A stretch of DNA of 64,000 nucleotides from Roseibacillus sp. GTDB taxonomy: Bacteria; Verrucomicrobiota; Verrucomicrobiia; Verrucomicrobiales; Akkermansiaceae. The notes beneath the pieces were generated by a model that searched no databases, was not told the origin of the DNA, and was given only the letters and a program-made list of their open reading frames with translations. Position 1 is the stretch's first letter. Every line of letters starts with the position of its first letter. The position numbers were made by a program, and so were the translations under genes. This document shows positions 43,718 through 54,666 of the stretch, piece by piece. Location of the stretch: positions 32,001 through 96,000 of the forward strand of contig CBDEUM010000014.1 in the NCBI GenBank assembly GCA_965242925.1, written 5' to 3'.

Positions 43718-44057
43718 AAGAGGTTTCTCTGAATCCTCCAATTTAAGTCATAAGTTACTTAATTTAAGTTTTTTATATATCGCGTTAGAGCGGTCGTTCT
43801 CCCGCTTTAATCCTCAATTATCGCGCGATCTCTCGAAAATTCGGTTTCCCAGGCCCGCTTGGGCAGCTCCGCTTCTTTCGTCCCGGATTATTCCATTCCA
43901 CCCGGAGCCCGCCGGAAAGGCGCTAATACATGCAATACCGGGCTCGGTGCGAACCCTTCGAGGATGAACACGGGCATTTTCAGCATCCTGCACTTTAACC
44001 ATCGGTCATCTCTCTGTTTTCCCTTCCGCTTCATTCATCCCCTCCCAGAATGACCGC

Positions 44058-45242
44058 ATGCCTCGCCCGCTCGCCACCTTGCTCGCCGCCTCTGTTCTCT
44101 GCTCCCTCGCTCAGGCGGAAAACAAGCCCTCCCTGCGCCGGGGCGGTTATTTCAAGCCGGAGCAGGGGAAGGCCGAACTGGATCGCATCACCAGGAAGAT
44201 CCCCGACTTGGAGACGTGGAAAAAACGTCGCGCCGCAGTTCGGCAGGGCATCCTGGAAGGGGCCGCCCTGCATCCCCTCCCCCGCCGGACACCCCTCAAC
44301 CCGCTCCGCCACTCCAAGCGCAGCCACCCCGGCTACACGGTCGAAAACGTGGCCCTTGAAACTGCACCCGGCCTCTTCCTCTGCGGAAACCTCTACCTCC
44401 CTTCCAACCCCTCGGAGAACATGGCCGCCATCCTCTGTCCCCACGGCCACGCCCGGGACCCGAACTACACCAAGGAGGGACGCCTCCGACCGGAGATGCA
44501 GTACCGCTGCGCCACCCTTGCCCGCATGGGGGCTGCTGTTTTTTCCTATGACATGGTCGGCTATTCTGATTCCCGCAAGCAGGGATGGAATCACAATCAC
44601 GGGGACCAGGTCCTGCGCCTCCAGTGCTGGAACAGCATCCGGGCCGTCGACTTCATGCTCTCCCTGCCCAGAGTCGACCCCGGGCGGGTGGGCGTAACGG
44701 GGGCCTCCGGCGGCGGCACCCAGACCTTCCTTCTCACCGCCCTCGATGATCGCATCGCGGCGGCTGCTCCATGCGTCATGGTCTCCGCCCACTTCTACGG
44801 CGGCTGCGGTTGCGAGAGTGGCGTGCCCATCCACGTGCGCCCCCATCACATCACCAACAATACCGAGATCGCGGCCCTCTGTGCCCCCCGTCCCATGCTG
44901 CTCATCTCCTGCGGTGGCGACTGGACCGCCCACACCCCCAGGGTCGAATTCCCCTTCGTCCAGCGCATCTACGAATTCTACGGCAGGAGAAACCTGGTGG
45001 AAAATGCCCACCTCTCCAAGGAGAACCACGACTATGGCGAGTCCAAGCGGCAACCCATGTATGACTTCTTCGCCAGACACCTGAAACTCGACCGCAGCAG
45101 GTGGAAAACCGCGGACGGAACAAAAATGGACGAATCGAAAGTCGTTATCGAGTCCCACCAGACCCTGCAGGTGTTCACCGAAAAGCATCCTCTCCCCAGG
45201 CACGCCCTCAAGGCGAACTCCAGAGTGGAACTGCCGCGCTGA
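44058..45242 (+). CDS. Alpha/beta hydrolase (acetylxylan esterase-like), secreted
   Basis: LCPHGH, GASGGG, GCGCES and APRP motifs. Confidence 0.85.
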   Translation: MPRPLATLLAASVLCSLAQAENKPSLRRGGYFKPEQGKAELDRITRKIPDLETWKKRRAAVRQGILEGAALHPLPRRTPLNPLRHSKRSHPGYTVENVALETAPGLFLCGNLYLPSNPSENMAAILCPHGHARDPNYTKEGRLRPEMQYRCATLARMGAAVFSYDMVGYSDSRKQGWNHNHGDQVLRLQCWNSIRAVDFMLSLPRVDPGRVGVTGASGGGTQTFLLTALDDRIAAAAPCVMVSAHFYGGCGCESGVPIHVRPHHITNNTEIAALCAPRPMLLISCGGDWTAHTPRVEFPFVQRIYEFYGRRNLVENAHLSKENHDYGESKRQPMYDFFARHLKLDRSRWKTADGTKMDESKVVIESHQTLQVFTEKHPLPRHALKANSRVELPR

Positions 45243-45254
45243 CCTGACGGAACC

Positions 45255-46172
45255 CTACTCCGTCCCCTTCCAGTCCCGCCACAGCCACCGCATGGTGTCG
45301 GGGAAGATCGCACCCCCGTGCTTTCCGTTGTGGCTGCCCTCGCCCCAGACCGCCCTGTGGTCATACTTCCTGAACTGGAGAGCCTTCTCCATCTGCAGAT
45401 TGCCCAACCACCAGTTGCCGTGGGCATTGTCCAGGTCGTTGGAACCATCCTGCAGGAAGACACGCAGCGGTTTGTTCTCCGTCTTGCGGATAAGGGCCGG
45501 ATAGACGTGCCCCCCCCGGATGTTGGTAAAACTTCCGATATGGCTGACCACCTTGCGAAAGAGATCGGGACGTTCCCAGGCGGCCGTAAAGGCACAGATT
45601 CCACCCGAACTCATCCCGCAGATCGCCCGCATGGCAGGATCGTTGGTGAGCTTGTGGGATTTCCCCACCTCCGCAAGGATCTCCTTCTCGAGAAAGGTCA
45701 CGTAGTCAGCGCTCAGCGAGTCGTATTCCACGCTGCGGTTTCTTTTCACGCCCGGGGGGGCTTTCCACCCCTGCCGCCCGTCGAGCTTGTCGGTAAAGAG
45801 TCCTGGATTGAGGAAAATCCCGATCGTAACCGGCATCTCGCCCCTGTGGATCAGATTATCAAAGACGATCGGCACGCGAATGTCACCCACCTCATCCACG
45901 TAGGCATGTCCATCCTGGAAGATCATCACCGCCGCCGCCTTGCTCCCGTCGTAGTGGGCGGGCACGTATAAATACCACTGCCGCAGCGTCCCCTGGAGGA
46001 TTCTGCTCTTCCACTCGTGACGAGTGACCTTTCCCCGGGGCACTCCATCCTGGCGCCTTGAGTCGGGACCATGAGCAAAGGTGGAATTTCCGGGGTTGCC
46101 CTCCTGGCCCGAAGCGAGGAGGGGCAGGCTGCAGCACAACGCGAGCAGGAATGGGAAAGAGAGGCGGGTCAT
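45255..46172 (-). CDS. Esterase (Fes/enterochelin esterase-like alpha/beta hydrolase), secreted
   Basis: YVPAHY, FQDG, GMSSGG, HIGSF and HNGKHG motifs. Confidence 0.82.
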   Translation of the reverse strand: MTRLSFPFLLALCCSLPLLASGQEGNPGNSTFAHGPDSRRQDGVPRGKVTRHEWKSRILQGTLRQWYLYVPAHYDGSKAAAVMIFQDGHAYVDEVGDIRVPIVFDNLIHRGEMPVTIGIFLNPGLFTDKLDGRQGWKAPPGVKRNRSVEYDSLSADYVTFLEKEILAEVGKSHKLTNDPAMRAICGMSSGGICAFTAAWERPDLFRKVVSHIGSFTNIRGGHVYPALIRKTENKPLRVFLQDGSNDLDNAHGNWWLGNLQMEKALQFRKYDHRAVWGEGSHNGKHGGAIFPDTMRWLWRDWKGTE

Positions 46173-46514
46173 CTGGCAAAACGACAGATTCCCCTGTCGC
46201 GCTGCCCTTTTACTGTGATCATGCCCGATCACACTGAAAAAATTCGGAGGCGCTCCGGGGGCAAAACCCCGCAATTTTCGCTCTTCGACAATATCCGCAC
46301 ACGTGGTCCACCCGCCTGCCCGGCGCCGGATTCAGAGACCCTTCCCGCCCCCATGAGGCCTTCGCCAATTTTCTACACAAAAGATCGCAACTGGTCCGCT
46401 AAAAAAGTAGCATTTAGATCGTAACCCTTACCCCGCAGAAAGCGAAAAGCAATCTCCTCTTGGCACCAGCGAGGTGTTATTGCTCGCTCAAATCGAACAA
46501 AACTCAGCAACAAC

Positions 46515-49500
46515 ATGAAGAAGCTGCTCCCTCTCTCCGCCCTGCTGACCCTCACCACCGCTCCACTTCCGGCGGAACCGGCCCTCCACCTCAGCACCTC
46601 CACCCTCACTCCCACCACCACCCTCAAGCTCAGTTTCGAGAAGGCGATGGTGGCTGACGACCAGGTGGGCACCACCGGGCCCAACGAGATACTGAAGATT
46701 GAACCTCCCCTGGCGGGCGACTTGAAATGGATCGAACCCAACGTGGCCCTCTTCGAGCGCAAGGGTATTCCGGCCCTCGCCACCTCCTATCAATTCTCCC
46801 TGCCCTCCGGCTTCAACCACCTTGATGGAACTGTCATTCCGGAAATCAGCCTCCAAACCGTCCGGACCGCCCCCTTCCACTACCAGACCGGCTACTGGCG
46901 CGGCAACACGCGGCAGCCCGATTACTTCCTGCGGTTCAACGACGCCATCGATCCCGCCGCGGTCACCGGCAAACTGCATTTCGTCGACAAGAAGGGCAAC
47001 ACCGTGGCCGCCACAGTCCGCCAGGGCATCTACCGGGACGTCAAGAACAGCCGGGCCCTCGGTCCCACCTGGGAGCAAAGTTTCCAGTCCTGGAAGGCCC
47101 CGGATATCACCAACCTGGACCCGGGAACCGAAATTCCTGTCGCCATCACGGTATCCCCGATCCACCCCCTGCCCGTGGGCGAAAGCTGGAAGCTGGTGCT
47201 TGAACGCGGAATCACGAACAAGTCCACCGGGGCATCCACCGTGAAAGCCATTGAGCGCTGGATCGGCTCGGTGACCAAGTTCGAGGTCGCCTCCATCCAG
47301 GCCGTCACCCGCGTCGATGCCAAACCCTATATCAGCATCGGGCTCTCCAAGAAACTCCCCGAGGACGTCAAGGCCTCTGATCTCGCCCGGTTCATCCAGA
47401 TCGATCCGATTCCCGCCAACATGGAACTGGAGGCCGGCCGCAGCCTGATCTCCATCAAGGGCGACTTTCCCCACCGCTCGAAATGGAAGGTCACCATCAA
47501 ACACGGCATGACCGCCTTTGACGGATTGGCCATGCTCGAGTCCAAGAGTGAAGCGATCCGCTTCCGACATCTCACTCCCGTCCTGGCCGCCCCCAGCTAC
47601 GCCGCCGCCCAGCTGGCCATCGGAAGCCGCACCTACAGGATGGAGACCGTCAACATCGCGCAGGCCCGCATCCGGGCCAAGCGCCTGACTGGCGAGGATG
47701 CGGTGCGGGCGTTCCAGGGCTACCGCCATTACAGCGGAGATGGCCCCGATAAGGAGCGCATCAAGGAACGTCATACCATCCCCTGGTCCCTGGTGGCAGG
47801 CGAAGCGGTCTACGACGAGACCGTCACGCTCACCAACGCTCACGACACCACTGCACCCATCGAGATCAAGTGGGATGAAGTCCTCGGGGCTGGCAAGGCG
47901 AACGGCCTCCTCTTCCTCTCCATCGAAGCAGAACCCAAGGAAGGAATGGAAGATCCGTTCCGGAAGAAGAAGCTCACCCAGGTCTTCATGCAGCTCACCG
48001 ATATCGGCCTGGCCTGGAAGATCAACGGGGACAGCGCCTTCATCTACGCCTACTCCTGCAACACCGGTCAACCCCTCGCCAACGTGACCCTCGACGTCTT
48101 CGGCGAGGACGCCGGGGCCCTGCAATCCGCCCAGACCAACGAGTCCGGAGTGGCACTCCTCCCCCGAACCATGATCCAGCGCCATCTGCGAGCCTCCCTT
48201 GGCCGGGACAGCATGATCATCGACTTCGACCGCAGTCTCCCCACCGTCTCCATGTGGCGCTTCCCCATCAATACCGAGTGGGATCCTCAACTCCCCGACA
48301 AGCGCACGGCCCTCCTCTTCACGGATCGCACCCTCTATCGTCCCGGCGAGCAGGTCCATCTCAAGGGCATCGTGCGCCGCATCAAAGACAACCGCAGTAT
48401 ATTCGATACCGGCAAAGGGGCCCAACTCGTGATCCGGGATTCATCCAGCCGCATCCTCAAGGAACGGGACATCACGCTCTCCGACAGGGGCAGCTTCGAT
48501 CACAGCTTCACCCTGCCGGCCCGGACCGTGGGATATTTCCGTCTGGAACTGCTCTGGCCCGATGAAATCGCGGCCGCCGAGGAGATGGACAACTGGCACA
48601 CCAGGAGAGCCCACCGCAACAGTGCCCGTTTCGTCCACAACATCACGGTGCAGGAGTTCCGCCGCAACGCCTTCGAGACGAAGGCCGGATTCGTGGACTC
48701 CGGGAGCACCGACAAGGTGACCCTTGCACTCAAGGCCAGCTACTTCCAGGGACAACCGGTCGCCGAAGCTGCCGTGGAGTGGTTTTATCGCAGCCGGGAA
48801 GCGGGATTCTACCCCGCCCGGTTCCGCGACTACCTCTTCTGTGACCACCGCTCCTACGACGCCTACTACTGGTCTCACTACTTCGGCTACGGTGAAGGAT
48901 CCTATCGCCGGTCCTTCGGGACCAGGAATGGAACCACCACCCTTGACCAGGATGGTTTCGCGAGCCTCACCTTCGACCTCGCGGAGATCGATTTCCCCTC
49001 CCCCCGCACGGTGAGCGTGACGAGTGAAATACGCGACCAACGCAATCAGACCCTCTCCGACAAAGCCGCCACCACCGTGCACAGCTCGGATTACTACGTG
49101 GGCCTTTCCCGCCTCGACAAGCTTGTGCGGGTGGGCGACGAGATCGGGCTGCATGCCGTGGCGGTGAGCGCCGACGGCAAACCGCTCACCGGTGATCCGG
49201 TTGAATTCACTTTCAGGGTCGAGCGTGAAATCCACGAGCAGATCAAGACCAGGACCGCAAGCGGAACGATCGCGGTGCGCAACGAAAAGAGGATCGAAAC
49301 CGTCATCGGGAACCAGCCCTTCCGGATCAACCCCGGAGAGGCTGCCGGCGGCGGCTCTGCCCTGCCCTTCAAACCCGAGCACGCGGGGAACTATATCCTC
49401 ACCCTGTCCGGAAGCGACCCCAGGGGGCGCCCCATCCGCACCGCCGTCACCCAGCGTGTCTACGGCTCCAAGGAATACCCCTGGGCCTACGAGAACGGAA

Positions 49501-52253
49501 TGCTCATCAAACTGGTGCCCGAGAAGAAGCGCTACCGCCCGGGTGAAACCGCACGCATCCTCGTGCAGTCGCCCATCGAGGGAACCGCCCTGGTGACCCT
49601 TGAACGTGAGGGGGTGCATCGCCATATGCTGAAAAAACTCACTGCTGAAAACCCGGTGGTGGAAATTCCCCTCACTGACGAGGACGCACCCAACACATTT
49701 GTGTCGGTCCTGGTGATCAAGGGATCGCAGGACAACCTGCGCGAACACAAGGAGCCCATCCTGCGCCTCGGCTACTGCGAACTCGCCGTCGAGGTCGTGA
49801 AGGAGCGCCTGCAGGTCGCTCTCAAGATTCCGGGCGACTACCACCGCCCCGGCGAAGAGGTCACCATCGAAGGACTGGTCCGTGACCATGCGGGCAAACC
49901 TGTCAGTGGGGCCGAAATCACGGTTTATGCCGAAGACGAAGGAACTCTCGCGGTGGCCGGTTACACCAATCCCGATCCCGTCGGACACTTCTACGCACCC
50001 CGCAGTCTTCGCACCGAAGCAGGCACCTCCCTCGGAAAGATCCTCTCCGAGGATCCCGGGCAACGCCACACCTTCAACAAGGGCTTCTTCATTGGAGGGG
50101 GTGGAGCAGACGAGTTTGACAGCCTGGAGGGGCCGGCGCTACGCAAGGACTTCAATCCTTGCGCGGTCTGGATGCCCGCCCTCGCAACCACCGAGGATGG
50201 CCGCTTCAAGGTAGAGTTCACGTCCCCGGACACCCTGACTCGCTACCGGGTCATTGCAGTGGCCCACCATGGATCGACTCACTTCGGACGGGAGGTCTCC
50301 GAGTTCACGGTGAAGAAACCCCTCATGCTGGAGCCCTCCACTCCGCGCTTTGCCCACCAGGGCGATCGCCTGCAGCCCAAGGTCCTCGTGCAGAACGCCA
50401 CCTCCTACACAGGCACCTGGGATGTTTCTCTCAAGATCGGAAGTATCACGGCATTCGTCGAGCACAGCGAGAAGACGGAGACCAAGTCCATCACCATCCC
50501 CGCCGACAGCGACGCCACCGTCACCTTTGACCTGTCCTTTGGTGAAACCGGGCAGACGGACTGGCAATGGACCGCCACCCCGCGCTCCCTCGACGGAGCC
50601 GCTCTCGATGAAAAACTGCGCCGGGAACTCTCCGACGCGGTGGCCAGCAACTTTGCGATCGAATATCCCATGCCCCTGCTGAGAGAGAGCCGGTTCATCA
50701 AGTTCGAGGAGCCGAGCGCCGGATACAACATGCTGGATGGCCTCTCCAGGGAACTGCTCGAGGGTCGCGGTGAAATCGAACTGGAGTTCGGACGCTCTGT
50801 CCTCCTCGAGGCCGGCGGGGCGCTCGATTTCCTCCTGCGCTACCCCTATGGCTGCCTGGAGCAAACCACCTCCAGCACCATCCCCTGGATTGCCGCCCTC
50901 AACCTGCGCAATGTCGCCCCCGCCTTCCGGAACAAGACCGAAAAGGAGATCCGCCGCAATATTCAGGCCGGGTCCGACAGGCTCATCTCGATGCAATGCG
51001 ACGATGGCGGCTTTGGCTACTGGGCCAGCAGCGACCACTCCAAACTCTGGGCCTCCGCCTATGGAGGGATGGCCCTCCTCCTCTGCAGGGAGGCCGGCGC
51101 CAATGTCCCGGAAAGCGTCCTGAAAGGACTGCGCCAATACCTCGCCGATGAACTCCGCGGAATCGGCGAGGCGCAACACTGGTGGGAGATCGAGACCGCC
51201 TGCCAGAGCTGCTTCACCCTCGCACTCGCCGGAAAGCCCCAGGTGCCCTACCACAACAAGCTCCTCGAGAACCCGGAACGCCTCACCCCCACTGCCCTCA
51301 ACTTCCTCGCCCTCGCGGTGGCCAGGTCAGGCGCTGACAACGCCGCCGGGCAGGCCCGGGAGATCCTCGCCCTGAAGGGGCAGCCCAGAAATGGCGATCG
51401 CCATTTCATGAGCTCCAAGCCAACCGCAGCCCACCGATTGCTCGCCCTCGTCAACATTGACCCCGAGTCCCCTGATTGTGATGAAGCCATCTCCAGGATC
51501 ATCAAGTCCCGGGGACGGCGTTCGGGCCACTGGGGGAACACCTGGAGCAACGCCTGGACCGTTTTCGCCCTGGGCGAGTATGCCCGCCGGGTGGAAACCC
51601 TGAGTGCTCCCCCGGTCATCACCCTTGAAACCGATGAAGGCCGCCAGCAGTTCACCCTCGATGACAAGTCTCCCTCCAGGGTCCTGCGTGTCCCCCTGCA
51701 TGAAGGCTTCAAGGCCCGGGCAACGACTTCCACAGGCGGTTTCGCACGGGTCACTCTTGCTTCCAAGCCCGCCCTTGCCCCACAGCAGGCCGTCTCCAGC
51801 AACGGCCTGCAGATCCTGCGCCGCTACCACCGCGTGCTCCCCGATGGCAGGGAAGAACGACTTGACCAACCCGCGGTGGGAGACCTTGTGCGCGTGGAAC
51901 TCCAGGTCACCATGCCCCGCGACGAGACCGTCTACCTCGTCATCGATGATCCCCTTCCCTCCATTTTCGAGGCCGTCAACACTACCTTCGCCAGCCAGAC
52001 CGGTCGTCTGAAGAAGAAGAACGACTGGGAGGTTTCGCATGAGGAACTTCGCGACGATCGCGTCCTCTTCTTTATCAACTCCCTCCCGCGCTCCGGAAGC
52101 TACCCCGTCTCCTACCATGCCCGCGTGACCTCCGCGGGCTCCGTGGTCGCTCCGCCCGCCAAGGTGGAGGCCATGTACGAACCGGAATTCTTCGCCCTCT
52201 CGGCAAGTCACAAGTTCACCACCCCCAACCCGCTCCACACCGCCGCCCGTTAA
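46515..52253 (+). CDS. Bacterial alpha-2-macroglobulin
   Basis: TDRTLYRPG, LRKDF, PDTLTRY, YPYGCLEQ thioester motif, EAMY; adjacent to pbpC. Confidence 0.93.
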   Translation: MKKLLPLSALLTLTTAPLPAEPALHLSTSTLTPTTTLKLSFEKAMVADDQVGTTGPNEILKIEPPLAGDLKWIEPNVALFERKGIPALATSYQFSLPSGFNHLDGTVIPEISLQTVRTAPFHYQTGYWRGNTRQPDYFLRFNDAIDPAAVTGKLHFVDKKGNTVAATVRQGIYRDVKNSRALGPTWEQSFQSWKAPDITNLDPGTEIPVAITVSPIHPLPVGESWKLVLERGITNKSTGASTVKAIERWIGSVTKFEVASIQAVTRVDAKPYISIGLSKKLPEDVKASDLARFIQIDPIPANMELEAGRSLISIKGDFPHRSKWKVTIKHGMTAFDGLAMLESKSEAIRFRHLTPVLAAPSYAAAQLAIGSRTYRMETVNIAQARIRAKRLTGEDAVRAFQGYRHYSGDGPDKERIKERHTIPWSLVAGEAVYDETVTLTNAHDTTAPIEIKWDEVLGAGKANGLLFLSIEAEPKEGMEDPFRKKKLTQVFMQLTDIGLAWKINGDSAFIYAYSCNTGQPLANVTLDVFGEDAGALQSAQTNESGVALLPRTMIQRHLRASLGRDSMIIDFDRSLPTVSMWRFPINTEWDPQLPDKRTALLFTDRTLYRPGEQVHLKGIVRRIKDNRSIFDTGKGAQLVIRDSSSRILKERDITLSDRGSFDHSFTLPARTVGYFRLELLWPDEIAAAEEMDNWHTRRAHRNSARFVHNITVQEFRRNAFETKAGFVDSGSTDKVTLALKASYFQGQPVAEAAVEWFYRSREAGFYPARFRDYLFCDHRSYDAYYWSHYFGYGEGSYRRSFGTRNGTTTLDQDGFASLTFDLAEIDFPSPRTVSVTSEIRDQRNQTLSDKAATTVHSSDYYVGLSRLDKLVRVGDEIGLHAVAVSADGKPLTGDPVEFTFRVEREIHEQIKTRTASGTIAVRNEKRIETVIGNQPFRINPGEAAGGGSALPFKPEHAGNYILTLSGSDPRGRPIRTAVTQRVYGSKEYPWAYENGMLIKLVPEKKRYRPGETARILVQSPIEGTALVTLEREGVHRHMLKKLTAENPVVEIPLTDEDAPNTFVSVLVIKGSQDNLREHKEPILRLGYCELAVEVVKERLQVALKIPGDYHRPGEEVTIEGLVRDHAGKPVSGAEITVYAEDEGTLAVAGYTNPDPVGHFYAPRSLRTEAGTSLGKILSEDPGQRHTFNKGFFIGGGGADEFDSLEGPALRKDFNPCAVWMPALATTEDGRFKVEFTSPDTLTRYRVIAVAHHGSTHFGREVSEFTVKKPLMLEPSTPRFAHQGDRLQPKVLVQNATSYTGTWDVSLKIGSITAFVEHSEKTETKSITIPADSDATVTFDLSFGETGQTDWQWTATPRSLDGAALDEKLRRELSDAVASNFAIEYPMPLLRESRFIKFEEPSAGYNMLDGLSRELLEGRGEIELEFGRSVLLEAGGALDFLLRYPYGCLEQTTSSTIPWIAALNLRNVAPAFRNKTEKEIRRNIQAGSDRLISMQCDDGGFGYWASSDHSKLWASAYGGMALLLCREAGANVPESVLKGLRQYLADELRGIGEAQHWWEIETACQSCFTLALAGKPQVPYHNKLLENPERLTPTALNFLALAVARSGADNAAGQAREILALKGQPRNGDRHFMSSKPTAAHRLLALVNIDPESPDCDEAISRIIKSRGRRSGHWGNTWSNAWTVFALGEYARRVETLSAPPVITLETDEGRQQFTLDDKSPSRVLRVPLHEGFKARATTSTGGFARVTLASKPALAPQQAVSSNGLQILRRYHRVLPDGREERLDQPAVGDLVRVELQVTMPRDETVYLVIDDPLPSIFEAVNTTFASQTGRLKKKNDWEVSHEELRDDRVLFFINSLPRSGSYPVSYHARVTSAGSVVAPPAKVEAMYEPEFFALSASHKFTTPNPLHTAAR

Positions 52254-52272
52254 CCTGCGGACGATTGTCGTC

Positions 52273-54591
52273 ATGATGGTTTTTCTTCCATGGTCCCGCC
52301 CCTGCCCACCCTGCGCCACGTCATGGGCAGGGATCCGGCAGACCGGAAGAAAAGGACGCCACGGCTTTCTGGCGGCCTCCCTGGGACTGATTGCCTGGGG
52401 CCTCCTTCCCCTCGGATTCGAACTCCCGACCTCCCTGGAGTCGGATCCGGAACGCTCCCCGCGGATCCTCGACCGCCGCGGGGTGGTGCTCGATGATGCC
52501 CCGCGCGCAGACTTCTTCCGTCATCAACCGGTCTCCCCGGAAGACATCCCGTCCGCCCTTCTCGACGCCACCCTGGTCGCGGAGGACAAGCGTTTCTTCA
52601 CCCACGACGGCATGGACTACCTTGCCACCGCACGGGCCATGCGCGATCTCCTTCACAATCGCCGGATTATTTCGGGAGCCTCCACCATCACCCAGCAGCT
52701 GGTGAAGATCAGTTCCCCCCCAACCGAGCGCAACATTCTCACCAAGATCCGCGAAAGCCTGACCGCCCGCCATCTTGAATACCGCTGGTCCAAGCAGGAA
52801 ATCCTCACCGCCTACTTCAACCGGCTTGATTACGGCAACCACCGACAGGGATGCCGGGAGGCGGCCCGATTCTACTTCGGCAAACCACTCGGCGACCTCT
52901 CCCTTGCCGAGTGCGCCCTCCTCGCCGGTCTTCCCCAGTCTCCCAGCCTGCACAATCCCGTCCAGAATGCGGACTCCGCCCTGCAACGCCGCAACTGGAT
53001 CCTCGACCGCCTTGCGGAGGAACGGGACTACGATCCCCGGCAGATCGAAATCGCCAGGCGGGAACCCCTCACCCTCCGCCGCACACCGCACGAGAAACTG
53101 GCCCCCCACGTGGCCTCTTCCCTGCGCGGCCGACACCAGTCGATCCGCACCACCCTCGATGCCAACCTGCAGGGCAGGATCACCGGAATCGTACGGGAGG
53201 AACTGGCCCGGCTCCGGGAATCCAACGCGCACCACGCTGCCGTGGTCGTGATTGATAATGTCTCCGGCGAGGTTCTCTCCCTGGTCGGTTCGGGAGATTT
53301 CCACAATCCGCGGGGAGGCCAGATCGACGGAACCCGCTCGCCCCGCTCCGCAGGATCCACCCTCAAGCCCTTCACCTACCTCCTCGCCTTCGAGCGGCGC
53401 GGCCTCTCCCCCGGCAGTATCATTGCGGATATTCCCACCCCCTACCGCACCGAGGAGGGCCTCGACCTGCCGGTCAACTACGACCACAAACACTACGGAC
53501 CTGTCACGATCCGTTACGCCCTCGCCAATTCTCTCAACGTCGCCGCCATGCGCACCCTGAACGATATCGGGGGACCGGCCCCCCTGCATGATCTTCTCGT
53601 CCGGGCCGGTATTCGCACCCTCGACAAGCCTGCCGCCGAATATGGCCTCGGCCTCACCATCGGAAATGCCGAAGTCAGGCTCCTCGAACTGACCAACGCC
53701 TACGCCACCCTTGCCCGTCTCGGCACCTTCAAGCCCGCCACCCTGACCTTCGATCCTGATCACTCTCCCGTCCCCGATTCGGGTTCCCGCATCGCTACAC
53801 CCCAGGCCTCCTACCTCATTGCTGACATCCTCAGCGACAATGCCGCGCGCTCCTCTGCCTTCGGCGCCCAGTCCGCCCTCCGCCTTCCCTTCAGGGCCGC
53901 GGTCAAGACCGGCACCTCATCCGATTTCCGCGACAACTGGTGTGTCGGTTTCACCGGGGATATCACCGTCGGGGTGTGGGTGGGAAACTTCGACAACACG
54001 CCCCTGCGCGGCGTCTCGGGAGTGAGCGGGGCCGGGCCCATCTTCAAGCGCACCATGCTCACCCTCCACGAAAAACGCGATCCCCGGTGGCTCCAGCGAC
54101 CAGCCGGCATCACCGGGATCACCATCGACAGTCGTAACGGTCATCGCTACCTCTCCCCCCCCCTGCCCGGGCAACCCTTCGCCTCCCCCGAACTCTCCCT
54201 CACCCGGCGCCTTCCCGATCCCGTGAGCAGGACCGACTATGATCGAGACGGTCGCGCCCTCATCGACCAACGCTACCGTGAGTGGTTTTTCAGTGCCGAC
54301 AACCACCGCCGTGACGACCTCGTGCTGGCCGCGGAGCGACCGCTCGATCTCTCTCCACGCATCATTTCACCCATGGCCACCGCCTCCTACCTCCTCGACC
54401 CGGAACTCCCGAGTGGAGGGCGACGCCTTCAACTCCTCAGCAACCTCCCCCGGGGTGCCCACTGGTCCAGCCCTACCCTCTCCATTGATGGAAACACTGC
54501 CTGCCTCGTTCCCGGTCGACATGAGATCACCCTCACCGACTCCGAAACCGGCCTGACCGTTTCACAGGACATCGTGGTGGAGAGCCTCTAG
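52273..54591 (+). CDS. pbpC: Penicillin-binding protein 1C
   Basis: EDKRF, GASTITQQL, STLK, SLN and KTGTS motifs. Confidence 0.9.
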   Translation: MMVFLPWSRPCPPCATSWAGIRQTGRKGRHGFLAASLGLIAWGLLPLGFELPTSLESDPERSPRILDRRGVVLDDAPRADFFRHQPVSPEDIPSALLDATLVAEDKRFFTHDGMDYLATARAMRDLLHNRRIISGASTITQQLVKISSPPTERNILTKIRESLTARHLEYRWSKQEILTAYFNRLDYGNHRQGCREAARFYFGKPLGDLSLAECALLAGLPQSPSLHNPVQNADSALQRRNWILDRLAEERDYDPRQIEIARREPLTLRRTPHEKLAPHVASSLRGRHQSIRTTLDANLQGRITGIVREELARLRESNAHHAAVVVIDNVSGEVLSLVGSGDFHNPRGGQIDGTRSPRSAGSTLKPFTYLLAFERRGLSPGSIIADIPTPYRTEEGLDLPVNYDHKHYGPVTIRYALANSLNVAAMRTLNDIGGPAPLHDLLVRAGIRTLDKPAAEYGLGLTIGNAEVRLLELTNAYATLARLGTFKPATLTFDPDHSPVPDSGSRIATPQASYLIADILSDNAARSSAFGAQSALRLPFRAAVKTGTSSDFRDNWCVGFTGDITVGVWVGNFDNTPLRGVSGVSGAGPIFKRTMLTLHEKRDPRWLQRPAGITGITIDSRNGHRYLSPPLPGQPFASPELSLTRRLPDPVSRTDYDRDGRALIDQRYREWFFSADNHRRDDLVLAAERPLDLSPRIISPMATASYLLDPELPSGGRRLQLLSNLPRGAHWSSPTLSIDGNTACLVPGRHEITLTDSETGLTVSQDIVVESL

Positions 54592-54666
54592 TCCGTGTGG
54601 GGAAACCCTCTCCCCTCGCAAGCGGTTCTCCCTTTCCGAACCACCGGCACCCGATAGGATCGGGAC

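Noticed and set aside
43735..43785. AT-rich tract as a dif site or replication origin
   Set aside because: No clear XerC/D arms or DnaA boxes; it fits the promoter region of the porin operon.
52273..52380. Possible frameshift at the pbpC 5' end (alternative MGRDPADRKKR frame)
   Set aside because: The main frame is open and has its own basic residues before the TM helix; cannot be decided without homologues.
46488..53763. Long antisense ORFs (e.g. 645, 542, 480 aa) opposite A2M/pbpC, and similar shadows elsewhere
   Set aside because: Expected in high-GC coding DNA; no recognisable motifs.
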